DNA of 64,000 nucleotides from Veleropilina oligotropha (Eukaryota): NCBI GenBank assembly GCA_048128005.1, contig JBEUKZ010000117.1, positions 62,001 to 126,000 of the forward strand, read 5' to 3'. Shown piece by piece: positions 20,630 to 31,242 of this stretch (position 1 is its first letter; each line of letters starts with the position of its first letter). The notes under the pieces were generated by a model. It saw only the letters and a program-made list of their open reading frames with translations, ran no database searches and was not told where the DNA came from. The position numbers and the translations under genes were made by a program.

Positions 20630-21946
20630 ATGGCGGAATTCGAGAACCCCGCATTCGAGCCGGACGATCTCATCGACAACGATGATACCATCATCGACGA
20701 TACTGATGTGGATCTATCCACCGACCGGTTTATGCCTGTTCTTTCGGAACGGCCACAGGAAGGAACCAGCAGTCTTCAGCAAGAGCTCGTTCAGGGCGTA
20801 GTTGACGACTACTACAAAGCCCTGGCACAGGAGGGGCAGACCCCAGCCGCAGGGCGAGATTATTCAAAATTCAAGTATGTGAGGGGAAAATTAGGGAGGG
20901 GGGGAAAATTGGTGATGACGGACTACCCCGACATCAATCTCATAAATTCTCGCACCGGCAACCCCTTGGCGTTATCAACAATAGCTGGCCGGCCTGGTGG
21001 GGGTGATGCCATCCGAGATCTGGGTTTTGTAAACTGGAAGCGGGTAGGGGGACGACAAAAGCCGTCCTCAAAAGCGGTTGCAGCTCTTCAGACAGCCGAC
21101 AACGAGTTGAGCGGTGCGGCCGCTAATGTCGAAAACGTAGAACTGCGGGACTTGGGGCAGACTGCTACTGATGCCTCGGTAGCAATCCACACGATGGAGA
21201 CGAAATTCACTGATACCGAGGTTGAAGAGATCTTAGGCACAATGGGGGACCCTCCATTAAATCTTCGCGAGCTTCGCGGACTTGACAAGGCGATGCAGAC
21301 CATAAGAGGCGAACTAACCAACAATCTAGCCAAACTAACGGCGCTGGACGAACACATAGAGCTGGAGAAGATGAAGCTCGATCAGGCAGATGAAGAGGGC
21401 GGTGTGGATGAGTTCATCCGTCGACGGATCGCGGAACGTCTGCGCGACCTGAATGATGAAAGAGCAGCTCGCCTAGAGGCAGCATCATCAAGCCGGGAGG
21501 CCCTTCGCTCTCAAATCAGCCGGATCCGAGAGATGATAAGTCGGATCCTGAACACCGACACAACGCTGGCCGAGCGTATCCGGACCCTGTTCCGCGAGCA
21601 AGGGGTTACGATCGCAACAATACTGACCGCTATCGGGCTCGCCATCTCGACTTTGGTACTAGCCCTGACAGGTGGAGCGCCGAGCATACCACCAACACCA
21701 CCACCTCCCAGTGGTCAGGGCGGGGTCAAGGAGTGGGTCAAAAAGCAGCTGCAGAACCTGGGAAGGATTCTAGGCAAACTAGCAGGGAAGGCCGCAGCCG
21801 CGCTCCCAGGAATACTTGGAAGCCTGGTCTCCTGGCTAATCAACCTGATTGGCAAGACAGCATCGTGGCTCGCTGAAAACCTATGGGCACTGGTCATATC
21901 AGTTGGGGGCTTGCTTCTTATTGCCGCTAGACAGTGGGTCACGTAA
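20630..21946 (+). CDS. Coiled-coil protein with C-terminal hydrophobic/amphipathic helices (438 aa)
   Basis: Acidic N-terminus, long heptad region, TM VTIATILTAIGLAISTLVLAL, Gly/Ala amphipathic tail; conserved in copy 2. Confidence 0.8.
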   Translation: MAEFENPAFEPDDLIDNDDTIIDDTDVDLSTDRFMPVLSERPQEGTSSLQQELVQGVVDDYYKALAQEGQTPAAGRDYSKFKYVRGKLGRGGKLVMTDYPDINLINSRTGNPLALSTIAGRPGGGDAIRDLGFVNWKRVGGRQKPSSKAVAALQTADNELSGAAANVENVELRDLGQTATDASVAIHTMETKFTDTEVEEILGTMGDPPLNLRELRGLDKAMQTIRGELTNNLAKLTALDEHIELEKMKLDQADEEGGVDEFIRRRIAERLRDLNDERAARLEAASSSREALRSQISRIREMISRILNTDTTLAERIRTLFREQGVTIATILTAIGLAISTLVLALTGGAPSIPPTPPPPSGQGGVKEWVKKQLQNLGRILGKLAGKAAAALPGILGSLVSWLINLIGKTASWLAENLWALVISVGGLLLIAARQWVT

Positions 21947-23222
21947 GCCAAATGAACGCTAGGCCAACGACAATGCCGCCCACGATAAGTGCGGTTTTAT
22001 CCTCGTCATGTGCCGCTGGAACAGCCACCACTGAGGCCACAGCTGGCAGAGAGCTTGGATGCTTCGGAGTGACCGCATCTGCGGGTAAGACGGCGTCTTG
22101 TGGGATGACCAATCCTGTTTCTCCAGTCTCCCCAGTGGCGTTGTGCGGCACAGGATTGGCCGCGTTCACCGTAGTATTAAGACCGAGTGTCTGGTCTTCC
22201 GTGGCGACGACGATCTCATTGTTATAACCAGCCACCTGCCCGATCCGTAGAAGCATGTTACTTGGCGCCATGTACAGGCCGACGCCGAATACGAAGTCTA
22301 CTTTAGACCTGGCATACTGGAGCACCTCTTGGTACCGTTTGATGGCTGCTGGGAGGTCAACGGGGGATGCGATGGCGTCTTCCACGTTCGCCAGGAACTG
22401 TTTCTGTGCGTCAAACGCCGTCCCACTACCCAGAATACTTGCACGCGTTTGAGCCTGCGCTCCAAGAATAGCCCAGACGTAGGTCCTGATGGAATCATTG
22501 AGCCTTTCCACGCCGGCCCTCGTGAATCCCACCGACCTGTCCAGAATAAAAGTAGCCCAACCGTTTTTAAGTGCAGGCGCTTGCGCGATGTAGTCCACGT
22601 GCAGATTCGTGTTGGTCGTACCTTTGGTGAAGGACATTCGGCTTGGATCATAGTCACGTCCGATGGGGTGGTAGCCGTTGTTCGTCCAGTAGCTGTAAGC
22701 GGTGCCTAGTCCGCCGTTGGGACCCTTGACACGCCAGTCGGTATGGGGAGACACCCCAAATTCGCTGCAGATCTTCTCATATGCCCTGCGGTCATACGGG
22801 TTGTCGAATGCATCCCACGTCCGGTCCTGTGGCAGCGGCGCCTGAATTTCGGATAAGATTCGTCTGACCTGATAGTAGACGTGGAAGGTGAATACAGCAG
22901 TGGAGAGGGGATCGGTCGCATTTAAGTGGTCTTCTGAGGAGATTCCGGAACCTGTTGTGGCACACCAAACTGCGAAATTGACCTTGTTCTGCCAGAACCT
23001 CATCGGCGTGCTGTTCCAATCCCTTATCAGCCCGTCACTAGCGACATGAGGGAGGCGGTATTTCTGAAAGACGTCAGGGTATGTTGCCCCGAATGTAGTG
23101 GTTGAGCTATTACCCACATTGATGCTTGGTCTCGTAAGCTGCTCATCTTTGATCTTTGCTGGGTACACCACACCGGTCGGATAGGCCGCACTCCTATTAA
23201 ACGCAAAGGCGCTCTTAGCCAT
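21939..23222 (-). CDS. Hypothetical protein with C-terminal TM anchor (427 aa)
   Basis: Long ORF ending ALIVGGIVVGLAFIWLT; strongly conserved in copy 2. Confidence 0.8.
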   Translation of the reverse strand: MAKSAFAFNRSAAYPTGVVYPAKIKDEQLTRPSINVGNSSTTTFGATYPDVFQKYRLPHVASDGLIRDWNSTPMRFWQNKVNFAVWCATTGSGISSEDHLNATDPLSTAVFTFHVYYQVRRILSEIQAPLPQDRTWDAFDNPYDRRAYEKICSEFGVSPHTDWRVKGPNGGLGTAYSYWTNNGYHPIGRDYDPSRMSFTKGTTNTNLHVDYIAQAPALKNGWATFILDRSVGFTRAGVERLNDSIRTYVWAILGAQAQTRASILGSGTAFDAQKQFLANVEDAIASPVDLPAAIKRYQEVLQYARSKVDFVFGVGLYMAPSNMLLRIGQVAGYNNEIVVATEDQTLGLNTTVNAANPVPHNATGETGETGLVIPQDAVLPADAVTPKHPSSLPAVASVVAVPAAHDEDKTALIVGGIVVGLAFIWLT

Positions 23223-23229
23223 AGCTACT

Positions 23230-23970
23230 ATGTTTCACACATTAACAAACGTTCAAGAGGGGACCGCGGTTGCCCTCCTGGAGCCGATTGATAACCGGGA
23301 CGGCAAGCTATGTGTCAGCTTGCAGTCGCTCGACTATTGGGTAGGCTGGCACAATGTGCATGCCGGAGCCTTCTTTAAGACCCCGGATACCACGGTCGAC
23401 GTGGCACCAGGTTTCTACAGCTTCGATGACCTCGCCAAGACGATGAAGAGGTCGCTAGTTAACATACAGCTAGATGTAAGCCATGCTACAGGGCTCGCCC
23501 GAATCGTGGTCCCAGAGGGGACTCGACTCGCGATAAGCGACGATATACGAAAACTCCTCGGCTTAAACCTGTCTTCGTTTATTCTCGATAAAGCAGGGAA
23601 TCTGAACCCACCGGTTCGGGGAGTACAGGGCCAACCACCTCCCCCTCCGGAGAGATCCGAGTGGCTACGCCCTGGGACTTATGACGGGAATAAGCCTGTC
23701 GGGTTTGCCATAGCGCCAACCCTGCACGTTCACCTGGAGCAGCTTAGTACAACGCACAATGTGCAGGACGGCGCCCCGAGCACTATTCTCGCGGTGGTCC
23801 CTATCACGTCGCAGATGTTCGGTGAAGCTGGCCACTATCATAGCTATCCCGCCGGCCGGCGACTACAGGCCGGGCTAATCACAGAGTTGAAGGTGTACGT
23901 CACAGACGCAGACAGTAACCTGCTAGACAATCACGGCATGCCTATTTCCGCAGTCCTTGCGATACAATGA
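23230..23970 (+). CDS. Putative minor capsid (penton, single jelly-roll) protein (246 aa)
   Basis: GFYSFDDL, LLGL and C-terminal ITELKVYVTDADSNLLDNHGMPISAVLAI pattern typical of Polinton minor capsid proteins. Confidence 0.68.
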   Translation: MFHTLTNVQEGTAVALLEPIDNRDGKLCVSLQSLDYWVGWHNVHAGAFFKTPDTTVDVAPGFYSFDDLAKTMKRSLVNIQLDVSHATGLARIVVPEGTRLAISDDIRKLLGLNLSSFILDKAGNLNPPVRGVQGQPPPPPERSEWLRPGTYDGNKPVGFAIAPTLHVHLEQLSTTHNVQDGAPSTILAVVPITSQMFGEAGHYHSYPAGRRLQAGLITELKVYVTDADSNLLDNHGMPISAVLAIQ

Positions 23971-24317
23971 GCAGCATCTACGGGACCCTGCTTGCAGACG
24001 AGCCCTCTTCCCCCCCGACCCGGTGGCACTTTGTCCTTAATTGTGGGGTAGCGCCCAATAAGGGGCTGGCGAGGAGGGAGTTCATGTTTCCAAACACTAG
24101 AGGTCGGTTCGGGTTGAACCCAGCCCTTCTAATGATCCACCTGACGCCGGTCCAGCCGGCCGGGGGCCCCATGGCATGTTCCATAAGTAAACTCAGCCTG
24201 GATTCGGATAAGTTAACCCTCGCCTTTGTCATCAAGGCCCCGTGGGTCGGCACTCTGTATTTGAACGTTACAGTAGACATTTTAAACAAACAGGCGGAAC
24301 AATACAGCCACGTATGA
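23967..24317 (+). CDS. Hypothetical beta-rich protein (116 aa)
   Basis: ATGA overlap with upstream gene; same length in copy 2. Confidence 0.7.
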   Translation: MSSIYGTLLADEPSSPPTRWHFVLNCGVAPNKGLARREFMFPNTRGRFGLNPALLMIHLTPVQPAGGPMACSISKLSLDSDKLTLAFVIKAPWVGTLYLNVTVDILNKQAEQYSHV

Positions 24318-24949
24318 TGGACAACAAACCCTCAGCGCCAACGCTGTACCCACAACTTGGTGGCGATGTGCCTTCGGAACTGCATGAGGCACAGTCCTTC
24401 CGACTACAGAAAGTGAATGAGCTTCAGGGACAATTAGAACGAGAGAGGGACACACGGGCTGCATTATATAAAAAGTACCGACGAGGTGTTAACGTCGTTG
24501 ACGGGATAGATAACGGGCTAGTCGTCGCCACACTTGGTATGGGTAGCGCTGGAATTGGTCTACTGTCCACAATTGTAGCCGCCCCGGTCGTCCTAGTGCT
24601 GGAACTAGCGGCATTAGGGTGTGGGCTCGCTAGTATGGGTGGAAAGTATATCAGCCGGCGCCTCGGGGTGAAGGCTAAGAAACACGACGAGATTCGAGTC
24701 CTGGCCGACAGCAAGCTGAATACCATAACCGACCACGTCTCAAAGGCATTATCGGACGGGGTGATGTCTGATGATGAATTCCAACTGGTCACAGGGGAGA
24801 TGGAGAAATATCAAGCCATGAAGGCATCAATCCGGGATAAGAGTAGGAAGGCGCACACCGCGATTTCACAGACCCAAAGCGAGCTTATTGAGCGTGGTCG
24901 TTTAGAGGGTCGTGCAGAGCTGCTGAAAAAAATCGGAGCTGGCGACTAA
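24314..24949 (+). CDS. Two-TM helical hypothetical protein (211 aa)
   Basis: LYPQL...FRLQKV...YKKY, paired hydrophobic helices, KKHDEI..LADSKLNTI; conserved in copy 2. Confidence 0.8.
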   Translation: MMDNKPSAPTLYPQLGGDVPSELHEAQSFRLQKVNELQGQLERERDTRAALYKKYRRGVNVVDGIDNGLVVATLGMGSAGIGLLSTIVAAPVVLVLELAALGCGLASMGGKYISRRLGVKAKKHDEIRVLADSKLNTITDHVSKALSDGVMSDDEFQLVTGEMEKYQAMKASIRDKSRKAHTAISQTQSELIERGRLEGRAELLKKIGAGD

Positions 24950-25031
24950 CTATCCAGGTTGAGCGTAGCCACGACTACCCCGCTCCTCCCCCGTATTAAA
25001 GCTAGAAATCGACAGTGATATCTGGACAACC

Positions 25032-25448
25032 ATGAAATCCATGAAATCTATGCTACTGTGCACTGTCGCGGTGTGCTTTGCCGCGTGGGGTACCACCCAG
25101 GCGTCGTCGCGTGACACTGCATTAATTCTCGAACACACGTGGGCTAGGTACCGCAACGACCCCCTGTATAACCCCCGATTCGATCACTTGCGAAGAAACT
25201 TGCTACGAGACCCACCTCCAGTGCGGGCACCGTCATGTCACTATTTCATTACCGATGGAGAGAACGATTGTGGCCCAGATCCTAATATCGTTGTGTGTAT
25301 TGAGTGCGCTGAGCCGTCCTTATGTCACGGTAAACGTGGGCATTATTTCTCCATGTTATCTACGGGCTGCTTCGGTATGTGGAGAAAAGTCGGACACATC
25401 TCACCCTGTAATTGTACTTTAATATCGGGCAACTATATATTCATATAA
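25032..25448 (+). CDS. Putative secreted cysteine-rich accessory protein (138 aa)
   Basis: Signal-peptide-like MKSMLLCTVAVCFAAWGTTQA, Cys-rich C-terminal half, TATTAAAG 38 bp upstream. Confidence 0.65.
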   Translation: MKSMKSMLLCTVAVCFAAWGTTQASSRDTALILEHTWARYRNDPLYNPRFDHLRRNLLRDPPPVRAPSCHYFITDGENDCGPDPNIVVCIECAEPSLCHGKRGHYFSMLSTGCFGMWRKVGHISPCNCTLISGNYIFI

Positions 25449-26285
25449 ACCAGCTGATTAGGAAATCTCTTGCCTTACAATATGTCACAGCTGTTTATAT
25501 AAATATTTTCCAGGTCGACGAGAGCGACCTCTGTCCGATTTATGAATGAAATACCTCGCATCAATAAGTTACTAGTCGAACCTGGTCACGTGTAGTATTA
25601 ATACAGCCTGCCGGCTGTCCATTGTTGACTATCCAGTACAGCCTCAATTACTTAAAATCATGAAACAATAGACGCCTAGTGGATTTCTCAGTGGGTAAAT
25701 ATAAACGCTTGGCCTATCAAGCCATGTCTTTACAAGTATATGGTCGCGCCTACGGTTCCATTGTTCTCTCCCTGCTATCAGGCTGGCTGACCTAGATTTT
25801 GTCTAATGCATTTCTCATAGCAAAGAAGTCGCAAGCTGTCGTATAGGTATTTAGCTGTTGGCGAAAAAGAAAAAAAAACCTACTGGCCCAGATATAAAAA
25901 TTTTCTGGCTCAGTGAAAAAAGATTGACCCAGATTTCTTTTTCTTGTAACCGTGCTTCTGTTTAGCACAGATAAAATTTTCTTGTAACCGTGTTTATGTA
26001 GTTACCGTATTTTGGTCGAGTCATTCGTCACGTGGCAATACAGCCTTCTAGAATGATCTAGAATAGACTCGATGATTCTAGAATAGACACTAAGTTATAT
26101 ATGGGAATGTGTACGTGGAAAGCCTAGAAAGTTCAGAAATCGTCAACAAGTTATATATGGGAATGTGGCAATAAACTGATCTAGAAGGCTGTAGAAGGCT
26201 GGAGGGGATTAGTGATATGAGTTTCGGCCGAAATGTCCACAGGTAAGTGTTTTAATTTAATTTACTATTCTAAGCTACCCTAGTT

Positions 26286-26573
26286 TGTACACACGGTAAC
26301 TTTTTGTAATACAATCCCTACCCTGGGGGCTGGAAATGGTGCTGGGAGCCTTAATTTCCCTCGCCGCGCCCCTAGTCTAACTCCCTAGCCCTCCACAGTA
26401 ATACCAGCTCAGTTCTGAAATGGTGCTGGGCGCTGTATTTTCCCATTCTAAAAAGTCTACTGACCCCCCCTGCTGCTGAGTTGAGATCCATATTAATTCT
26501 GAAAAAGTGCTGGGAGCCTTAATTTCCCTCGCCGCGCCCCCAGATAAAAGGTATGGTCACCCCCCCTGCTGCT
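26286..26573 (-). repeat. Right terminal inverted repeat, copy 1
   Basis: Reverse complement of 10684-10971. Confidence 0.92.
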
Positions 26574-29500
26574 GCATGTCGGCATTCTGCTGAGTCATTC
26601 ACCATACGTAGAGACAAGACAGAATAAGTAAATTATGAGTTATCGCCCCCATTTCTCTGGCGTAAGAATGACATTATTTAACGGCATCACCGTTTTGTGA
26701 AATATGGCGGCCAGGAATTTTGCGCCAGGTACCGATGTCGCAGTTTTAGGTAACATTTTCAACATCAAAACAGGATTTAATTATGCCATGCATTTAATGA
26801 TGAGTACGCATGCATAGTCCTATGTGTCCTCAAGTTTTTTCATAGCTGTATATGATGGTTTATGGAGGTTTCGCCCCAATCAAGTTTGCCCTAAGACAAA
26901 ATATTACATAAATATAACATATGACATTAAAACGCTTACTATGCATACACCTGGGCATATTTTTTGCTGTTTTGGTTTACTCATCGTGTATAAATCGTTG
27001 TGTTAAAGATTGTAAAAAGTACGCTGATTATACGTCGCCATTTGCAAATAAAATATTTCCGTGTACAGTTTCGTATTTTCACTGAGAGATTATTGTATAC
27101 ATTCATTATGTCTGTTCTGTATTATTTATACGTTATTTGAAATGTATCGTTATGTTTTGCAATAAAAATCAAACACTGACATATAATATATTTGCTATTG
27201 ACAGTGCTATGGTTACTCGGTGCGAGATCGTTTTGCTTACCCAAAACTCAAACTTGAAAGGAAGGCCTTGTAATTTAATAGAAATTTGCAATACTTAGGA
27301 TAGAAATATTTTTTGGGAAAGTATTTAGCAATATATGTTATTTTTTATAGTAATTAAAATAATAAACTGGGGCGAAACCGCCACGACGAACATGAGCTGG
27401 GGAGAAACCTCCAGCTATCGTATATGATTATGAGGTGAATGATTGCAACCGAGCCATGTAAATCAGTAAATTATAACTCTTACCACAGGCATTCACCACC
27501 GGCAACCCTAGTACAGGGTTGCCAATGGTCAGGGAATTTTGGAATTGGTCAGGGAAATTTTGAATTCTGTGAAAAGGCAGGGAAATTCAGGAATGGTCAA
27601 TGAAAATTGGCATTTTCCTTTCATATGCACAAAATAAAAATTTGACTCGTGCTATTTGAGCAACAGTGGTTCATAAAAAGTTAGAATGAAATATCGCTTT
27701 TGTCCAGTCAGAGTGCAGGAGAGGGGGTTTCACGCGAACAGTTGATAGTAAATTCAGCGCCCCCTTAACCAAATGTGAACAAAATCGCTGAAAGGGAACG
27801 GTAGTTATCGTCCGGAAACAAAAGCGTGACAGACTGACGGACGGCACAAAAACAATATGTCTCCCCACAGGGTAGGGGAGACATAATTCCAATAATAATG
27901 GGTTGCAGTTAGTATAATTAGAATAGTAATTATAAAAATACCAAAGAGACAGGCAATAGTCAATTTGTCATTCATTTTAAATAAAAACTTAGTAATATTT
28001 ATAGTTAATTTTCTAATAAATGTCCCTCCTGTGATCATCCAAAATACCCCCCCCCCCCCCCACAAGTACCCGGAGTGCAAGACCACATTTGATAGGGTCT
28101 GCTGTAATAGGATGGTGGATATTTTCCATCAATATGGTCCTGCCATGGAACACATCTAGGGTGGCCAGCTTCCTGGAAAATCTACAAGGACTGTTTTTAA
28201 AGTGATTTATGATCTTACCCATCTATGAAATTGACAGGCTATCTTTAAATTAGTGCAGCAGATAAGACTGGGTCAATTTCCAAAAATATTAACCCTGAAG
28301 GCAAATCGTGTTAATTTATGGCATACAAGGTTTTTAGATGTATGGAGGGCTACTGAACTCAAATCAGTTGTAAGCCCAGCTCAAAAATGGACCATAATGC
28401 CTCAAAATTGAGAAATCCAAGATGGCCACCACCGCCTGGTTGAAATTTATAATTTATTTTCAAAAAGTTTTACTACACAAGGTAGAAATTATGAAATAAT
28501 ATGCACTCAAATCAATGAAATTATGCAATAATATGCACCAAATTAATGAAATTATGCAATATAATGTAAATAGATGTTATTTACGAAGTCAAACAATAGT
28601 GTTTCAATAATAAAATATGCTTGAACTTATCATTTATAGAATTATGTCATGTTATTGCAAAAAATGATAAATTATGCACAAAAAAGTTGAAATATTGCGA
28701 TTATGTGGTCCCTTCTAAATTCAGAAATTATGCAAATCGCATAATCATATAATTCCGTGGGGACTAGTAAATGCACTTCAGAAGTTTAATAACTGCCTTT
28801 TCTACCATATTATCTCTTAAGTCTGATGCATGCAAAGGCGCATTTGCCCATATTTTAAGGGAGTAAATACACCACATAACTCATCTCCCATCCATTCCTC
28901 CGTGCTGCCCGTTTGGAAAATGATAAACGCTATGACAATCAGGCACACATCCCCTTTTCCTCATTTTGAAACTTTGCCATACAGTTAGTTAAAGGATTTC
29001 TTGTCAGAATCAAGATCAAGAGATCTACAATGCGGTACTGTGCCTTCGCATGCAGTGACCGTCGGCCACATTTCAGGAATACCGTTGTATAGCCGAATAT
29101 GAAATATAATGTTGGAGACAGGCACACATAGTATTTTACATATTGTAAGCAGTGCAACTGTTAAGGTAATGAGCTAGATTGTTGTATATGGGGATAACAC
29201 ATGTATATATTATTGCAATATAATACAACCGTTAGATTACAATGAGAGCAACATACAACTTCCTATCAGAGCATCAAATAATATCTGCTATTGGACCAGA
29301 GAAGTACCATTTGCTGCCGTCCATGCACTCTTACATGTCTTAGAAGAAGATAGAAAAAATCTCAGTATCTTCATGATGGCCAATCTGAACTATCTGAAGA
29401 ACTAGTGAAATCTAGTCAAAGATTGGTCTTCATTTGACCAAGCTTATGGAGGTGATAAACATAACAAATTCATGATTGGCAGGCATTCGAATTCAGCTGA

Positions 29501-29900
29501 AGTATTTGGAAAGGTTAATCGATGATGCATTTACACATCATGTTCGTCAAATAACCACACATCGCTTAAGCATTAATGTATTGTAATGGGCAAGCCGTAC
29601 TATCTTCAAACTATAATAATGTAGATTAATCTGTGTTTGTTGTTAAAAAGGAATATTTTAAAAAAATTCGACAAAACACAAACATAAAAATTGAAAGTTC
29701 ATGTATTGAAGCTTTCGTCCTCGCTGGCGACTTGATCACCGATCATGTGTGTGCGTCCAAGCATGGACAGATTCAGGGGGGTGGGGTCGTGACCCCCACT
29801 TTTACTTTTCCATGCACAAATTTGATGGCAAGAAATCTTGTGGTTTGCACAGCCACTGACAGAATGAAGGAGAGAGGATTTCACACAATTAACTGTCAAA

Positions 29901-30034
29901 ATTTCCCTCCACGTGGGGACAGTTGATAGCATATTTCCCTCCACGTGGGGACAGTTGATAGCATATTTCCCTCCACGTGGGGACAGTTGATAGCATATTT
30001 CCCTCCACGTGGGGACGGTTGATAGCATATTTCC
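29901..30034. repeat. 32-bp tandem repeat, 4 copies, each with CACGTG
   Basis: ATTTCCCTCCACGTGGGGACAGTTGATAGCAT at 29901, 29933, 29965, 29997. Confidence 0.9.
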
Positions 30035-31242
30035 TAAAAGTTGGGCCCCCATATTTTAAAAATCCTGCTTCACGCAAAAACATCACTAGCGCCACTGGTG
30101 GTCAAATCCTCAGCGAAAGGTGCAATATATATCAACCTTCAATTTGTATGTATTTTGTTGAGTTATAAAACACATTAATATTTACTTAAAACTGTTAAAT
30201 GTATGTAGTAATTTTGGTATGCAAATATTTTCCATCAACACACTATTTATATTTCAATGCTAACATTGCTAATGTATCATAATAATAGCAGAAGGATTCT
30301 TTTTCATCGAAGATGATGTTTTACACATGCTCTTGAGTTTAGGGCGGTGATTTGAATGACTGAGATAAATTTATTGTCGGTTTCGCCCTCGTGGAAGAAT
30401 ATCATAACCAATTTATGGGTCTGTGTATCGCTTGTGTGAAAATTATCAACCTCAAATTATTATACGGTCGACCCGTTATATAATTTTTGGGATATATTAT
30501 TGATTGTGATTTACGATCGTGCTCATATTAGGAATGCAAATTGCCTATGCAAGAAACGGATGCTTGGAATTGTATATGAGGTCCATAATTCAAACGTCAT
30601 GTGTTCTGTTACTAAAAATAGAATTTAGGTTACGATTTGGTTTCCAGACACTAACTACCATTTATATTGGGCAATCAAGCCCATATTTGGCATACTGGTT
30701 GCTTAAGAATATAGGATGCTTGGGTTTGCATTTGAGGTCACCCGCGACCGTCAAGGTCATGAACTCTTAACATTTTTATTTTAAAAATATCTTTATATGC
30801 CTGTCAATGCTGAACAATGACTAAGCAATTAATAACGTCATGTTAAATTGCACCTTGCGTATTATTCTAAGCGCAAAATAGCCTGGATCTTTGAAAAGCT
30901 GAGGAATAGTTTTGTCATATACATTCATGGTATATTATTCATGTATATGTATACATTCGTTGTATATGATTGAATCTCGAAGGAATATTTGAAATTACAT
31001 GATTATCTCCGGCAGAATCGAAATGACGTCTAGCGGACGACGTGCAGTTTGATACGAAAGCGTCGAGTTTGACATGAATATTTATCACACTCCACATGAC
31101 GTCACTTTGACCAATCAGACTTCTCGAATTTCGCGAATTGAAAATAATCTATTTTGGAAAGCGTTTTTGGATCTAAACTATTAGATGACATCCCCGATTT
31201 GCATTTTGTCATATGAACGTGGATGATGGTAAACCTAATAAT

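Larger units (their letters stand above)
10684..26573 (+). mobile_element. Complete Polinton/Maverick-like endogenous virus, copy 1
   Basis: Inverted termini AGCAGCAGGGGGGGTGACC...GGTCACCCCCCCTGCTGCT; 5-bp TSD GCATG (10679-10683 and 26574-26578); PolB, integrase, A32-like ATPase and capsid-like ORFs; GC-rich versus flanks. Confidence 0.93.

Noticed and set aside
10684..26573. Bacterial prophage or contaminant contig
   Set aside because: Clean TSD-flanked junctions with AT-rich animal DNA, eukaryotic rve integrase and A32-like ATPase, and a second copy in a different flank
27513..27610. CAGGGTTGCC start with repeated GTCAGGGAA, resembling a hAT-type MITE end
   Set aside because: No matching opposite terminus or TSD found
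28800..29560. Possible decayed DNA-transposase fragment (DDAFTHHVRQ-like)
   Set aside because: Too degenerate to assign by eye
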